A stretch of 64,000 nt of DNA from contig JBFWPF010000001.1 in assembly GCA_050250135.1 (NCBI GenBank), positions 30,305 through 94,304 of the forward strand. Reading direction: 5' to 3'. A program made the position numbers and the translations under genes. This stretch comes from Parachlamydiales bacterium (GTDB lineage Bacteria; Chlamydiota; Chlamydiia; Chlamydiales; JAFEGQ01). Every line of letters begins with the position of its first letter. The stretch's first letter is position 1. The notes beneath the pieces are model-generated. The model was not told where the DNA came from. It worked only from the letters and a program-made list of their open reading frames with translations, and made no database searches. Below are positions 8,322 to 17,136 of the stretch, one piece after another.

Positions 8322-10079
8322 TCAATCTGGGTTCAGAGGGAGAAGGACGGTGAAGGTGGTCCCTTGGCCGAGGGTCGACTCGACGGTGACCCGCCCCTGG
8401 TGCTTTTCGATAATCGTCTGAACGAGGGATAGGCCAAGGCCCGAGCCCCCCATCCGGCGCGAATGGGCCTTATCAACGGTGTAGAACCGGTCAAAGATGT
8501 GGGGAAGATCCTCAGCAGGGATCCCGATCCCTTGGTCAGCGACAGCTATTTTGGCAAAGGGCTCCTCCCGCCAAAACTCCACCCTTACCTTAGCAGGCCC
8601 TTTGGAATACTTGGCTGCGTTGTCGAGAAGGTTGGTAAAGGCATGTTCCAAAAGGCCAGCATCGGCTAAGACGGTAACGGGGCCGCTCTCCCGATTCACC
8701 AGGGTAATATCGGCGGTCGTGTAGACCGAAAGGGTCATCTGGCGGCACCGTTCGAGTAGGTCATCCAACTTACACTCCTGCAGCTGCCCTCTCGGGAGGT
8801 TCTCCACATCGGCAAGGCGGAGAAGGTTCTTGATCAACGCCTCCATCCGACCACAGCTGTTGATAATCTTCGAGGTCACCTCGAGCTCAACCTCACGGGA
8901 GACCCCAGGGTTGTCATGGAGGGCCTCAGCAAAGCCCCGGATAATGGTGATCGGTGTCTTCAGCTCATGAGAGGCATTGGCGACAAAGTCCTTCCTCATC
9001 TCCAGCGCCCGGTAGTGGGCCGTCTTGTCCTGGAGCACAAGAACCGAACCCGCCTCCCCCTTCTTGGGAGCGGCGATCACGTCGAGGTAGAGCCGCTGCC
9101 GGTCCCCAAGTTGATAGGTTGCCGTGAGGCTCTGCTGCTGGGCCTGACAAGCCCTGAGGAGATCCTCAAATTCGGGCTGCTCAGTGACCGAAAAGGGGTG
9201 CTCCAAAATCCCCTCAGGCCCCTTACCCAGCATTTGGAGGGCGGCTGAGTTGGCATAAGTGATGATCAATTGGTGGTCCACGGCTATCACCCCTTCGATC
9301 AGCGCCTCTAGGATAGCCTCTTTCTCATTCCGCTCCTCTTCCAGCGTGCCGATGTGCTTCTCGATCCTCTGGTTGAGGGAGTTCAGGGTTCCCGCCAGCC
9401 GGTCAAAGTCATCCATCCGCTTTTTCGGCGGACCCAAATAGATTTCGGGAAGGTGGCTCTCCTTCCCCTCCTGGTAGGGCTTGATGGCTCGGATGATCTT
9501 GTCGATAGGGCGGGAGATATGCTGGGCCACTGCAATGATCAGAAAGCCAAACAAAAGGAGAACAACAACTCCGAGAGTGAAGAAGCCAAACTCAAAGCGG
9601 TAGGTCAGCTCGTGAACCTGTTTGACCGGGAAGGCGGTCCGCAAGACATAGGTCTTTCCCTGAAAGGTGAACCGCTTGGCGGTGTAGACAAGCTCCTGCC
9701 CAAGGGAGGCGGAGTAGCTCTCATGATACCCCTGCCCCTTTTCAAGCGCCTCTCGGATTTCGGGATGGTGGGCGAGGTACTCGGCTGGATCGAAGGGTTG
9801 AACCGGCTTTTCGGTATGGGAATCGAACAGGATCTGCCCATCGGGCTCAATGAGGGAGATGCGGAAGAAAAAGTAGGGCCCCTCTTGCTCCAGCCGCTGG
9901 ATCATCCGGTCCTCATCCTCCGTCCCCTCAATTCTCGCGATCACCTGGGAGGTCCGGTCCGCAAGGGTGCTCCGAACCACCGCCTCAACAGCCCCCTTAG
10001 CAAAGGGAAAGAGGAGGGCGAGGAAGAGGAGAAAGACGAGGAGGTAACCGATGATCAGCTTCTGCCGAAAACTAAACAC
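8322..10079 (-). CDS. sensor histidine kinase (PhoR-like: two TM helices, HAMP, PAS, HisKA, HATPase)
   Basis: H-box ANASHELKTPIT. The C-terminus has G-boxes DQGIGI and GGSGLGLS. The GTG start overlaps the cyclase stop by 8 nt. No response regulator lies adjacent. Confidence 0.85.
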   Translation of the reverse strand: MFSFRQKLIIGYLLVFLLFLALLFPFAKGAVEAVVRSTLADRTSQVIARIEGTEDEDRMIQRLEQEGPYFFFRISLIEPDGQILFDSHTEKPVQPFDPAEYLAHHPEIREALEKGQGYHESYSASLGQELVYTAKRFTFQGKTYVLRTAFPVKQVHELTYRFEFGFFTLGVVVLLLFGFLIIAVAQHISRPIDKIIRAIKPYQEGKESHLPEIYLGPPKKRMDDFDRLAGTLNSLNQRIEKHIGTLEEERNEKEAILEALIEGVIAVDHQLIITYANSAALQMLGKGPEGILEHPFSVTEQPEFEDLLRACQAQQQSLTATYQLGDRQRLYLDVIAAPKKGEAGSVLVLQDKTAHYRALEMRKDFVANASHELKTPITIIRGFAEALHDNPGVSREVELEVTSKIINSCGRMEALIKNLLRLADVENLPRGQLQECKLDDLLERCRQMTLSVYTTADITLVNRESGPVTVLADAGLLEHAFTNLLDNAAKYSKGPAKVRVEFWREEPFAKIAVADQGIGIPAEDLPHIFDRFYTVDKAHSRRMGGSGLGLSLVQTIIEKHQGRVTVESTLGQGTTFTVLLPLNPD

Positions 10080-12639
10080 TGGGCTCGGCTCCCCGCTCGC
10101 GAGCCATCTCAGAGAGGCGCCCTAGCAGAAGGTTGGGTTTGATCCCTTCGACCCGATAGACCGTCATGGGCTCTGCAAATCCCTTGAAACGCATAGACTC
10201 CTTTTCCGATAGGACCATGGTATCTTGAATTTGCTTTTGATGGGCCATCGTTTCGGAGATGAGGATCTCCTTTTCCCGTGCGTCATCGCAAAGGCGGGAG
10301 GCCAGGTTAACGTTGGAGCCTAGGACGGTGTAGTTGAGACGGTCCTCTGCCCCCATATTCCCCGCGACCATCGGCCCATAGTGGATGCCGATCCCGACAT
10401 GGCAGGTGAAGAGCCCTTGCGCCTTCCGCTCCTCGTTCCACTGAGTGAGCTTATCCCGGATGGTGATCGCGGCGAGTACCGCCTGAAGGGGGGCGTAGGG
10501 GTGAGAGACGGGAGCCCCGAAAAGGGCCATCACTTCATCTCCGACATACTTGTCGATCACCCCTTGGTAGATCTCGATAATTTGCGTCATCTCGTTCATG
10601 TAGGCGTTGACAAAGGTGATCACCTCCTCAGGGGGAAGGTTAGCGGTGATCTGAGTAAAGTTGCGGATATCGGCGAAGAGGACGCAAACCTCCCTGACCT
10701 CACCTCCAAGGGCGACATTCCCATGAAGGATCTCCTCCGCAATCTCCTTTGAAACGACCTTGTCGAGAACGCCTCGAATCTTCTCCCGATCTTGAAGGCC
10801 GTGGATCATTTTGTCGAACGACTCGGTGAGCACCGCGATCTCATTCTTCGATCCCGCCTTAACCTTAGGCAGCTCGATGTGTTCATAGTGCCCGGCCGCG
10901 ACATCCTCTGTTGCACGGGCCAGCTTCGTAATGGGCCTCGTAAAGCGGCGGACAATCAGCTCGAGCAGGATAAGGGCAATCAGAAGCACGCCTATCGCGA
11001 TGAGGATAAAGTGGAAGGTGAGCCGCCTGACCATCTCCTTGGAGCGGGCTTCGAACTCCTCGATCGGTCTAAGCACCTGCTCAGCGGGCTCGAGGGTCAC
11101 AAAATAGAGGTCCCACTCCGGCTTGGGTTGGTAACGGGAGTAGTAGAAGTCCTCTCCACCGAGATTCACAAAACCGGTTGGCTTTTGCAGCTGCCCCACC
11201 TGTTGCTGAATATCCTTTTGGACCTGTTCCGATAGCCCCCCTTCCTTATCGCTAACATGGAGGAGGAGCTCTCCTTCGAAGACCAGAAGGTTGGTGTCTC
11301 CCGTAATTTGGGCAAGAGTGGTGACAAGGGGACGCAGAGAGACTCCGAGGGTGAGGAAGGAGGGGGGATACCCTTGCTCTTTAGCTAGGCCGGGCAAAAG
11401 CTCCATGGTGTTCACCACGGTCAGATCGCCCCGCTCCTTCCCTTTAAGCAACCCGAAATCGGAACCGACAGGAACCCGCCCCGCGATAGGAGGATGGCTC
11501 TTGAGCCAGCCGGCGCCATCCCAGAGAGGCTGGTTAGCAAAGACATCGCTCGCCAAAATCCCGGTCCCAATCGACTGGGCCGGCTCAATCCGCGCTGAAC
11601 CGACGGGAGCCACTTCAGCAAATGGGGTTGCCCAGAGAACGTCGATGGAGGCAAGAAAGCCGAGTGCCCCGATCAGCTCAAGGTCATTGGTGCGCCGCAG
11701 CTGCCTCGATAGGGTCCCGGCAAAGCTTGCCTCGCCAACCGCTTGGGTCGACCTCTCGCCTACCCTCCCTGCGTAGGCGCCGATCGCCTGCTGCCCGACG
11801 ACCCGCTCAACGGGGGGAGCATCCCCCTCGTCTCCCTTTTCAGCTTTGAGACGGGCAAGGAAGGTCTCCAGCTTCCCCTTATCCCCGCCAAACTCCTTCT
11901 GGAGGTAGGTGTGGGCATCGTCGAGAGAGGTCAGGAGGCGCTTGGTTATCTCTGCCGCATTCTCAACCCCCTCGACCGGCTTCATGGTTTCGTCCTGCTC
12001 CTTGAGCAGAGCGGCATAATTTCCCTTCCCTAACATCAATTTCAAGGGGTCAAACAGCAGGAGGGTGTGGGGCGTTTCGAGCTCAGGCTGAAAGCCGAGG
12101 TTGAGGTGGGCAGTAAACTCCTTCGGGAACCAGATCCCGATGTAAGCCTCACTCCATCCCCTTTGAGCACCCAGCCCCTCATCGAGCACGACCCAGACAA
12201 ACCCATCCTCTTTCTTGGCGAGGCGAGAGCGGTAGAGGCGGGCGTTGGAGAGGGTGATAGCGGCATCCAAATCACCGAGATGGTTAACCTGGACAAAGTC
12301 GAGCTCATCGCTGTAGGCGAGGAGCTGAGTGGCGGGGAGCCACACCCTTCCGGGAGAGGGGTCATCCGTTCCCATAAGGGCCTGAGCAAGGGCTGGGTGG
12401 CCATGGACCAAAAAGAGGTAGGCGTCGATCACCCCTTCGGCCTTTCCGATCTGCCCCGAAAGCCACTCATCGATCCGGTCATGACTTGCCCTCCTCTCCA
12501 TCTCGACTTCGGCGAGGTAGCGCTTTCTGTCCTCCTCAACATGGCTCTCAGCCAAGAACTCGGGAACGATGTAGAGGATGATGCAGATCGCCAGGATGAG
12601 AACGCCGAGGAAGAGGAAGAGGCGGGTTCTTAGGCGCAT
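10072..12639 (-). CDS. membrane-bound class III adenylate/guanylate cyclase with a large extracytoplasmic sensor domain and HAMP
   Basis: Cyclase motifs VCVLFADIRNFT and KYVGDEVMALFGAP. TM helices lie at about residues 8-26 and 545-565. Confidence 0.85.
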   Translation of the reverse strand: MRLRTRLFLFLGVLILAICIILYIVPEFLAESHVEEDRKRYLAEVEMERRASHDRIDEWLSGQIGKAEGVIDAYLFLVHGHPALAQALMGTDDPSPGRVWLPATQLLAYSDELDFVQVNHLGDLDAAITLSNARLYRSRLAKKEDGFVWVVLDEGLGAQRGWSEAYIGIWFPKEFTAHLNLGFQPELETPHTLLLFDPLKLMLGKGNYAALLKEQDETMKPVEGVENAAEITKRLLTSLDDAHTYLQKEFGGDKGKLETFLARLKAEKGDEGDAPPVERVVGQQAIGAYAGRVGERSTQAVGEASFAGTLSRQLRRTNDLELIGALGFLASIDVLWATPFAEVAPVGSARIEPAQSIGTGILASDVFANQPLWDGAGWLKSHPPIAGRVPVGSDFGLLKGKERGDLTVVNTMELLPGLAKEQGYPPSFLTLGVSLRPLVTTLAQITGDTNLLVFEGELLLHVSDKEGGLSEQVQKDIQQQVGQLQKPTGFVNLGGEDFYYSRYQPKPEWDLYFVTLEPAEQVLRPIEEFEARSKEMVRRLTFHFILIAIGVLLIALILLELIVRRFTRPITKLARATEDVAAGHYEHIELPKVKAGSKNEIAVLTESFDKMIHGLQDREKIRGVLDKVVSKEIAEEILHGNVALGGEVREVCVLFADIRNFTQITANLPPEEVITFVNAYMNEMTQIIEIYQGVIDKYVGDEVMALFGAPVSHPYAPLQAVLAAITIRDKLTQWNEERKAQGLFTCHVGIGIHYGPMVAGNMGAEDRLNYTVLGSNVNLASRLCDDAREKEILISETMAHQKQIQDTMVLSEKESMRFKGFAEPMTVYRVEGIKPNLLLGRLSEMARERGAEPSV

Positions 12640-14250
12640 TTAGAGGGCATTGAGTTGATCGAGCAGGACATCGCCCAAGGGATAGGGTTCACCCCCTGCC
12701 CCCCCTTTGCGGGCCCCGATCCGCTCGAGGAGTTTGTTCGCTAACACCTTGCCCAGCTGCACCCCCTCCTGATCAAACGAATTGATGTTCCAGATGTAGC
12801 CCTGGAAGTCGATCTTGTGCTCGTAAAAGGCCGCCAACATCCCAAGGGTATAGGGGTCGAGGCGGCGGGCGAGAAGGAGGCTGCTCGGACGCCCTCCCGG
12901 GAAATTCTTGTTCGGATTTGGGCTCTTTTTCCCCATCGCAAGGGCTAGGCACTGGGCAAACAGGTTGGCCAGGAGCTTCTCCTGCGAGGTCGTCCCATTT
13001 TGCTCGAGGTCGAGGCCGCACTGGGTCTCTCGAAAGCCGATAAACTCGAGGGGAACGACATCGGTTCCCTGGTGAATCATCTGGAAGAAGGAGTGCTGCG
13101 CATTCGTTGCCGGCTCCCCCCAGACGATAGGGCAGGTGTGGCAGTCGCTCTCCCTTCCCCACCTGTCGATCCGCTTCCCATTCGACTCCATATCGACCTG
13201 CTGGATGTGGGCCGCAAAGCGGATCAGCATCTGTGAGTAGGGGATAATGGCGAGGGTGGGGTGGCCTAGAAAATTCCGGTTCCAGATACCAAGTAGGGCA
13301 GCTAAGAGGGGAAGGTTCTCATGGATATCCCGCTTCAAGGCGATCCTATCCATCTGATTGGCCCCCCTCAATAGGTCTCGGTAGGCATCAAAACCGCAGG
13401 CAAAGGCGATGACGATCCCCCCGATCACGCTCGTCGCGCAGTAGCGCCCTCCGATCCAGTTCCAGATATAGAAACACTCGAGAAAGCGCCCCTTGTCATC
13501 CATCGGGCTCCCCTGACCGGTCGCGGCGATAAAGTACTGCTGGGGATCGAGCCCTGCCTCCCGGTAATGGTGGCGGATCAGATCCTCATTGGTTTTGGTC
13601 TCGAGGGTCCCACCCGATTTCGATACCGAGACGACGAGCGTCCGCTTGAGATCGAGCCCTCGAAGCGCTTGAGCCGCATCGTCGGGGTCGACATTGGAGA
13701 TAAAGTGGACCGTGCGGTTGACCTTGGCATACCCCTGCAGCCCGTAGTAGAGGGTCTTGGGGCCAAGCTCCGACCCGCCGATCCCGATGAAGAGCATATC
13801 GGTAAAGCGCCCCTCCTCATCGACCCGCTTCATGAAGGCCTCAAGCTTCTTAAACTCCCCCTTCGCCGCCTCGGTCGCCTCATGGGCCTTCGGTGCGGGG
13901 TTGGGGCTATCGAAAAAATCGCGCACCGCGGTGTGAAGAACGGGGCGCTCTTCCGACTCCTGCCCCTCGATAAAGTTCATCACCTCACCCGCCTGCTGAG
14001 CCTCCATCTTTTCAAACACCTTGGCCTCGAGAGCGAGTGCATAGAGCTCTTCGATCGTCTCCTCCGTCACCTGTTGGGCCCCATAGAGAAGGCGGAGCCC
14101 CCCACTAGAGGCGACCATCTTGCTCAGCCGCTCTGGGGTCATCTCCTTGGGATTCGTCAGATCGAAGGGGCTTTTGGCAAGCTTTTCGAGCTGGGCCGTC
14201 GCCTTCGCCTTGGAAAAATGGTAGTGCTTATCGAATAGAGAATGCCCCAT
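12640..14250 (-). CDS. pgi: glucose-6-phosphate isomerase
   Basis: Full-length PGI-like sequence (IGIGGSELGP, ESNGK). Its stop codon directly abuts the cyclase ATG. Confidence 0.9.
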   Translation of the reverse strand: MGHSLFDKHYHFSKAKATAQLEKLAKSPFDLTNPKEMTPERLSKMVASSGGLRLLYGAQQVTEETIEELYALALEAKVFEKMEAQQAGEVMNFIEGQESEERPVLHTAVRDFFDSPNPAPKAHEATEAAKGEFKKLEAFMKRVDEEGRFTDMLFIGIGGSELGPKTLYYGLQGYAKVNRTVHFISNVDPDDAAQALRGLDLKRTLVVSVSKSGGTLETKTNEDLIRHHYREAGLDPQQYFIAATGQGSPMDDKGRFLECFYIWNWIGGRYCATSVIGGIVIAFACGFDAYRDLLRGANQMDRIALKRDIHENLPLLAALLGIWNRNFLGHPTLAIIPYSQMLIRFAAHIQQVDMESNGKRIDRWGRESDCHTCPIVWGEPATNAQHSFFQMIHQGTDVVPLEFIGFRETQCGLDLEQNGTTSQEKLLANLFAQCLALAMGKKSPNPNKNFPGGRPSSLLLARRLDPYTLGMLAAFYEHKIDFQGYIWNINSFDQEGVQLGKVLANKLLERIGARKGGAGGEPYPLGDVLLDQLNAL

Positions 14251-14323
14251 GAAGACCCCTTTTCCCTCTTTGGTAACCCTTGAGGCCGTTTTACCGAAAG
14301 ACCCTTCGTACGTCCTTAGAAAG

Positions 14324-14509
14324 TTATGGCCGGCAGCCTCTTAGCGAATCGAGCCAGATTGTTGAAATCGCGACGAAGCCCATAGCCAAAGCGCTATAGG
14401 TGAGGAGCGAGATCAACAAGGCGGCCGATGCAGCAAGAGGATGGCGCCATAACTTTTTAACCCCTGATTGCGACCTATCGTCCAGAGGGCATCGACAGCT
14501 GGCGGCCAT
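14324..14509 (-). CDS. possible 61-aa hydrophobic small protein
   Basis: It begins at an ATG and contains a predicted TM stretch LAASAALLISLLTYSALAMGFVAISTIWL. GGAGG lies 11 nt upstream. The start codon and SD are embedded in the long hairpin at 14457-14622. No homology was recognised. Confidence 0.2.
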   Translation of the reverse strand: MAASCRCPLDDRSQSGVKKLWRHPLAASAALLISLLTYSALAMGFVAISTIWLDSLRGCRP

Positions 14510-14622
14510 CTAGTGTACATCCCTCCTCACCCAGGTCTAAAGACCTGGCCTCGTCACGATGTACACTATCTGACCACCATCTGCCACGCCCCCCGGACGA
14601 TAGGTCGCAATCAGGGGTTTAA
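14457..14622 (-). repeat. long imperfect palindrome / extended hairpin (element A)
   Basis: The outer 27-bp arms 14457-14483 and 14595-14622 are nearly perfect. Inside them are an 11-bp stem (14511-14521 / 14558-14568) and a 9x9 internal loop. The apex is the hairpin CCAGGTC-TAAA-GACCTGG. Five transition mismatches in the middle segment all become G-U pairs only on the minus strand. Confidence 0.7.
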
Positions 14623-15563
14623 GGGCGTACGACCCTTCCCATAAGATACCGCAACATTCCCCACAGCTGCGGAAGGACGAGGAGCGACCGGTGCCAGGTG
14701 TAAAGGGCTGAGTCCTCGTGGGAGAACCCCTCCTGCTTGGCAACCCGTTCGGTTTCGAAGATGCGGGGCCAGAGGAGGAGGATGGCGGCCGGCAAAAGGA
14801 AGAAAAGGGTAAGGGGGGTAACAAAGAGGCCCAAAAGGGCCAGGAGGGTGACGAAAAGGGCTCCGAGCCCCCTCCCGAGAATTTGCCGAACCAGCGTCCA
14901 GTCCCGGCCCCTCCAAAAGGCAGCCCCGACCCGATAGCCCGACTTGACTCCCTCCTTCCAGTACCCCTTCCAATTGGGAATGTGGATCTGCCGCTCCGCC
15001 ATCGGAAAATTGAGGTGGATCACCCGCCGCCCCGTTGCGGTGAGGCGAGCGTTGAACTCGAGCGCTCCTCCGTGGGGTAGCGACTCGTTGTACCCCCCCG
15101 TCTCCTCCAGCATCTCCCGCCTTAGCAGGGGCTCAAGGTCGAGAAGGCGCCCCTCTGCCAGGTCTGCTTTCGAGTCGAGATAGGCGATACGATGCCACCG
15201 GTTTTTATCGGGATTAGTGGGGACGATCTGCCCGCAGATGGCGGCCACCCCACCCTCAATTTCCTTGGTTGCCCGCTGGAACCACTCGGGGTTGATCCGG
15301 TCTCCCGATTCCAAGAATTGGACAAGGGGGGAGCTCCCTCGGTCCCACCCTACATTGCGGGCCTTGGCCCGATTTCCGGTCGCTTCGGAAATGAAGGTCA
15401 CACCGGGGAAGCGGGCCGAGGCCGCTTCGCTTCGCTCACCCCCTACCACAAAGAGATGAACCGCCCCTCGGTAGTAACCCGCTTCGCTAAGGCTCTGGAG
15501 GGTCTCCTCTAAGGGAGCGCCTCCCTCTCCAATGACCACACAATCGATATCACTCCCCGCCAT
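14619..15563 (-). CDS. family-2-like glycosyltransferase with C-terminal TM helices
   Basis: It shows an N-terminal GT-A-like pattern (DCVVIG, ARNVG, FLESGD) and a hydrophobic C-terminus. Confidence 0.6.
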   Translation of the reverse strand: MAGSDIDCVVIGEGGAPLEETLQSLSEAGYYRGAVHLFVVGGERSEAASARFPGVTFISEATGNRAKARNVGWDRGSSPLVQFLESGDRINPEWFQRATKEIEGGVAAICGQIVPTNPDKNRWHRIAYLDSKADLAEGRLLDLEPLLRREMLEETGGYNESLPHGGALEFNARLTATGRRVIHLNFPMAERQIHIPNWKGYWKEGVKSGYRVGAAFWRGRDWTLVRQILGRGLGALFVTLLALLGLFVTPLTLFFLLPAAILLLWPRIFETERVAKQEGFSHEDSALYTWHRSLLVLPQLWGMLRYLMGRVVRP

Positions 15564-16245
15564 GGTCCCTCGCTCGCGCCTCGTAGACCGCCTTGTAGTG
15601 GGCCCTATAGTCGGCCAGCGCTAACCGAATGACCTCATGCGCCTCCTCCCTCCCGTAGACGGCAGCGATCTCGACCCGGAGCTCCTTCCCAGGCCCTCCC
15701 GGCACCGAGGAGGGGACCGCCTTGTAGGTGAGAAAGTAGTGGCGGAGGCGGTTGATCAAGGAGACGGGACATTCGGCCACCTCCCGGATCTTTCCGTAGA
15801 CTAGGTCCTTTTCGAGGACCGCGATGATCTTATCGTCCGCCTCATCCCCATCGAGCATCCTAAAGCCCCCAATCGGGATCGCCCGGATGAGAAGATCGCC
15901 TCGAGAGATGGGGCGCTCAGCAAAGATGCAGATGTCGAGAGGATCTCCATCCCCTACGATATCGAGCCGTTGCAGCTTCTCCTTGCAGTAGTCCCCTACC
16001 CGCTCCATGCAAAGGGTTTGGGGAATAAAGCCATAGAGCGCTGGGCAAACGTTGGAGAACTTTTGCGGGCGATCGATCTTTAAGATACCGGTCTCCTTAT
16101 CGAGCTCATACTTGACCGTATCGGTCGGCACAATCTCAACGTAGGCATTCACCAGCTCGGGCTGCCCCTCTCCAATGCTCACCCCATGCCAGGGGTGGGC
16201 CCGGTAGAGTTGGGTCAACAGGTGGCGCTCCTCCTCCCTCGTCAT
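15550..16245 (-). CDS. ppa: inorganic pyrophosphatase (family I)
   Basis: Motifs VEIVPTDTVKYELDK and DGDPLD. It overlaps the upstream gene by 4 nt (ATGA). Confidence 0.85.
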   Translation of the reverse strand: MTREEERHLLTQLYRAHPWHGVSIGEGQPELVNAYVEIVPTDTVKYELDKETGILKIDRPQKFSNVCPALYGFIPQTLCMERVGDYCKEKLQRLDIVGDGDPLDICIFAERPISRGDLLIRAIPIGGFRMLDGDEADDKIIAVLEKDLVYGKIREVAECPVSLINRLRHYFLTYKAVPSSVPGGPGKELRVEIAAVYGREEAHEVIRLALADYRAHYKAVYEARARDHGGE

Positions 16246-16598
16246 CCCGCCACCTCCGACGAAAAGGAGGCGACCGCCGACGGCACGTCAGCAAAAATCT
16301 CAAATAGGCGATGCATCCGGACAACCTGAAACATCTTCTTCACAGGGGAGGCCATGCTCGCCAGCCGGACATCACCGTCATGGGTATTGGTGTAGCGGAG
16401 GATCGAGAGGAGGGCTCCCAAACCGGAGCTGTCAATAAAACGGAGGGGCTGGAGATCGAGAACGACCCTCGTGATCTCAGTCTGATCGATCCGATCGAGA
16501 ACCGCCTGCCTAAAGTCGCGGCTCTGTGCGGCGTCGAGAACCTCCCCCTTTAGGTGGATCACCAGTATCCCCCCCTCCACTTCATGGTTAATTTCCAT
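16242..16598 (-). CDS. rsbV: STAS-domain anti-sigma-factor antagonist
   Basis: The 118-aa STAS pattern includes the phosphorylatable serine context FIDSSGLGALL. Confidence 0.8.
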   Translation of the reverse strand: MEINHEVEGGILVIHLKGEVLDAAQSRDFRQAVLDRIDQTEITRVVLDLQPLRFIDSSGLGALLSILRYTNTHDGDVRLASMASPVKKMFQVVRMHRLFEIFADVPSAVASFSSEVAG

Positions 16599-16989
16599 TG
16601 CCCACCACTACCGATAGCTGGAGTCGGTTCCACCCCTTTGCCCCCTCTTTGGGGAAGTAGGCGATCTCATCGGCCAGCTCCCTTAGGATTACCACCCCCA
16701 TCCCCTGCTCCCGACCTTCAGCCAGGTCGGGGACCGGAACCTCCATGGGGTCAAAGGAGCGCCCCTGGTCCCAAAGTTCGAGAACCACCCGCCCCCCTTC
16801 AATCATCAGGCTGATAAAGACCGCCTCCTCCGTCTCCCCGTGGGAGACGATATTGGCAAAGGCCTCATCCGCAACGGCGAGGAGCCGCTCAATCGCCTCC
16901 TCGCCAACGCCAGCACACCCCTCACGGATAAAACGGCGAACTCGGCGCAATTCGCCCAGCTCCGTTTCAAACGCCTCCACCTCAGGCAT
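16588..16989 (-). CDS. rsbW: anti-sigma factor / serine kinase of the HATPase family
   Basis: N-box EAFANIVSHG, G1-like DQGRSFDP and G2-like GMGVVILRELAD. It overlaps rsbV by 11 nt. Confidence 0.75.
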   Translation of the reverse strand: MPEVEAFETELGELRRVRRFIREGCAGVGEEAIERLLAVADEAFANIVSHGETEEAVFISLMIEGGRVVLELWDQGRSFDPMEVPVPDLAEGREQGMGVVILRELADEIAYFPKEGAKGWNRLQLSVVVGNGN

Positions 16990-17017
16990 AACTAAACCCC
17001 CAACGGGTACCTGTTTG

Positions 17018-17097
17018 CGGCGGTATTCCTCTCAATGGGGGAGGAGTGCAAGCTGCGAGATTTGTGACCCCCGCCCCTAGTGAGAGGAACCCCGCCG
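17018..17097 (-). repeat. imperfect hairpin of about 80 nt (element E)
   Basis: CGGCGGTATTCCTCTCA (17018-17034) pairs with TGAGAGGAACCCCGCCG (17081-17097), with additional G/C pairing inside. No U-tract follows. Confidence 0.5.
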
Positions 17098-17136
17098 TGA
17101 ATAGGCACCCCAAAGGCGCATCCTACAAATGGAGAC

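Noticed and set aside
14457-14622. Element A interpreted as SRP RNA, 6S RNA, tmRNA or RNase P RNA.
   Set aside because: There is no SRP domain IV motif, no tRNA-like ends and no RNase P conserved regions. A 27-bp near-perfect closing helix and a symmetric 9x9 loop are unlike the 6S central bubble.
14537-14973. The ORFs at 14537-14824 and 14611-14973 on the minus strand.
   Set aside because: They are out-of-frame overlaps of the glycosyltransferase gene and of hairpin A, and they are Pro/Gly/Ser/Arg-rich with low complexity.
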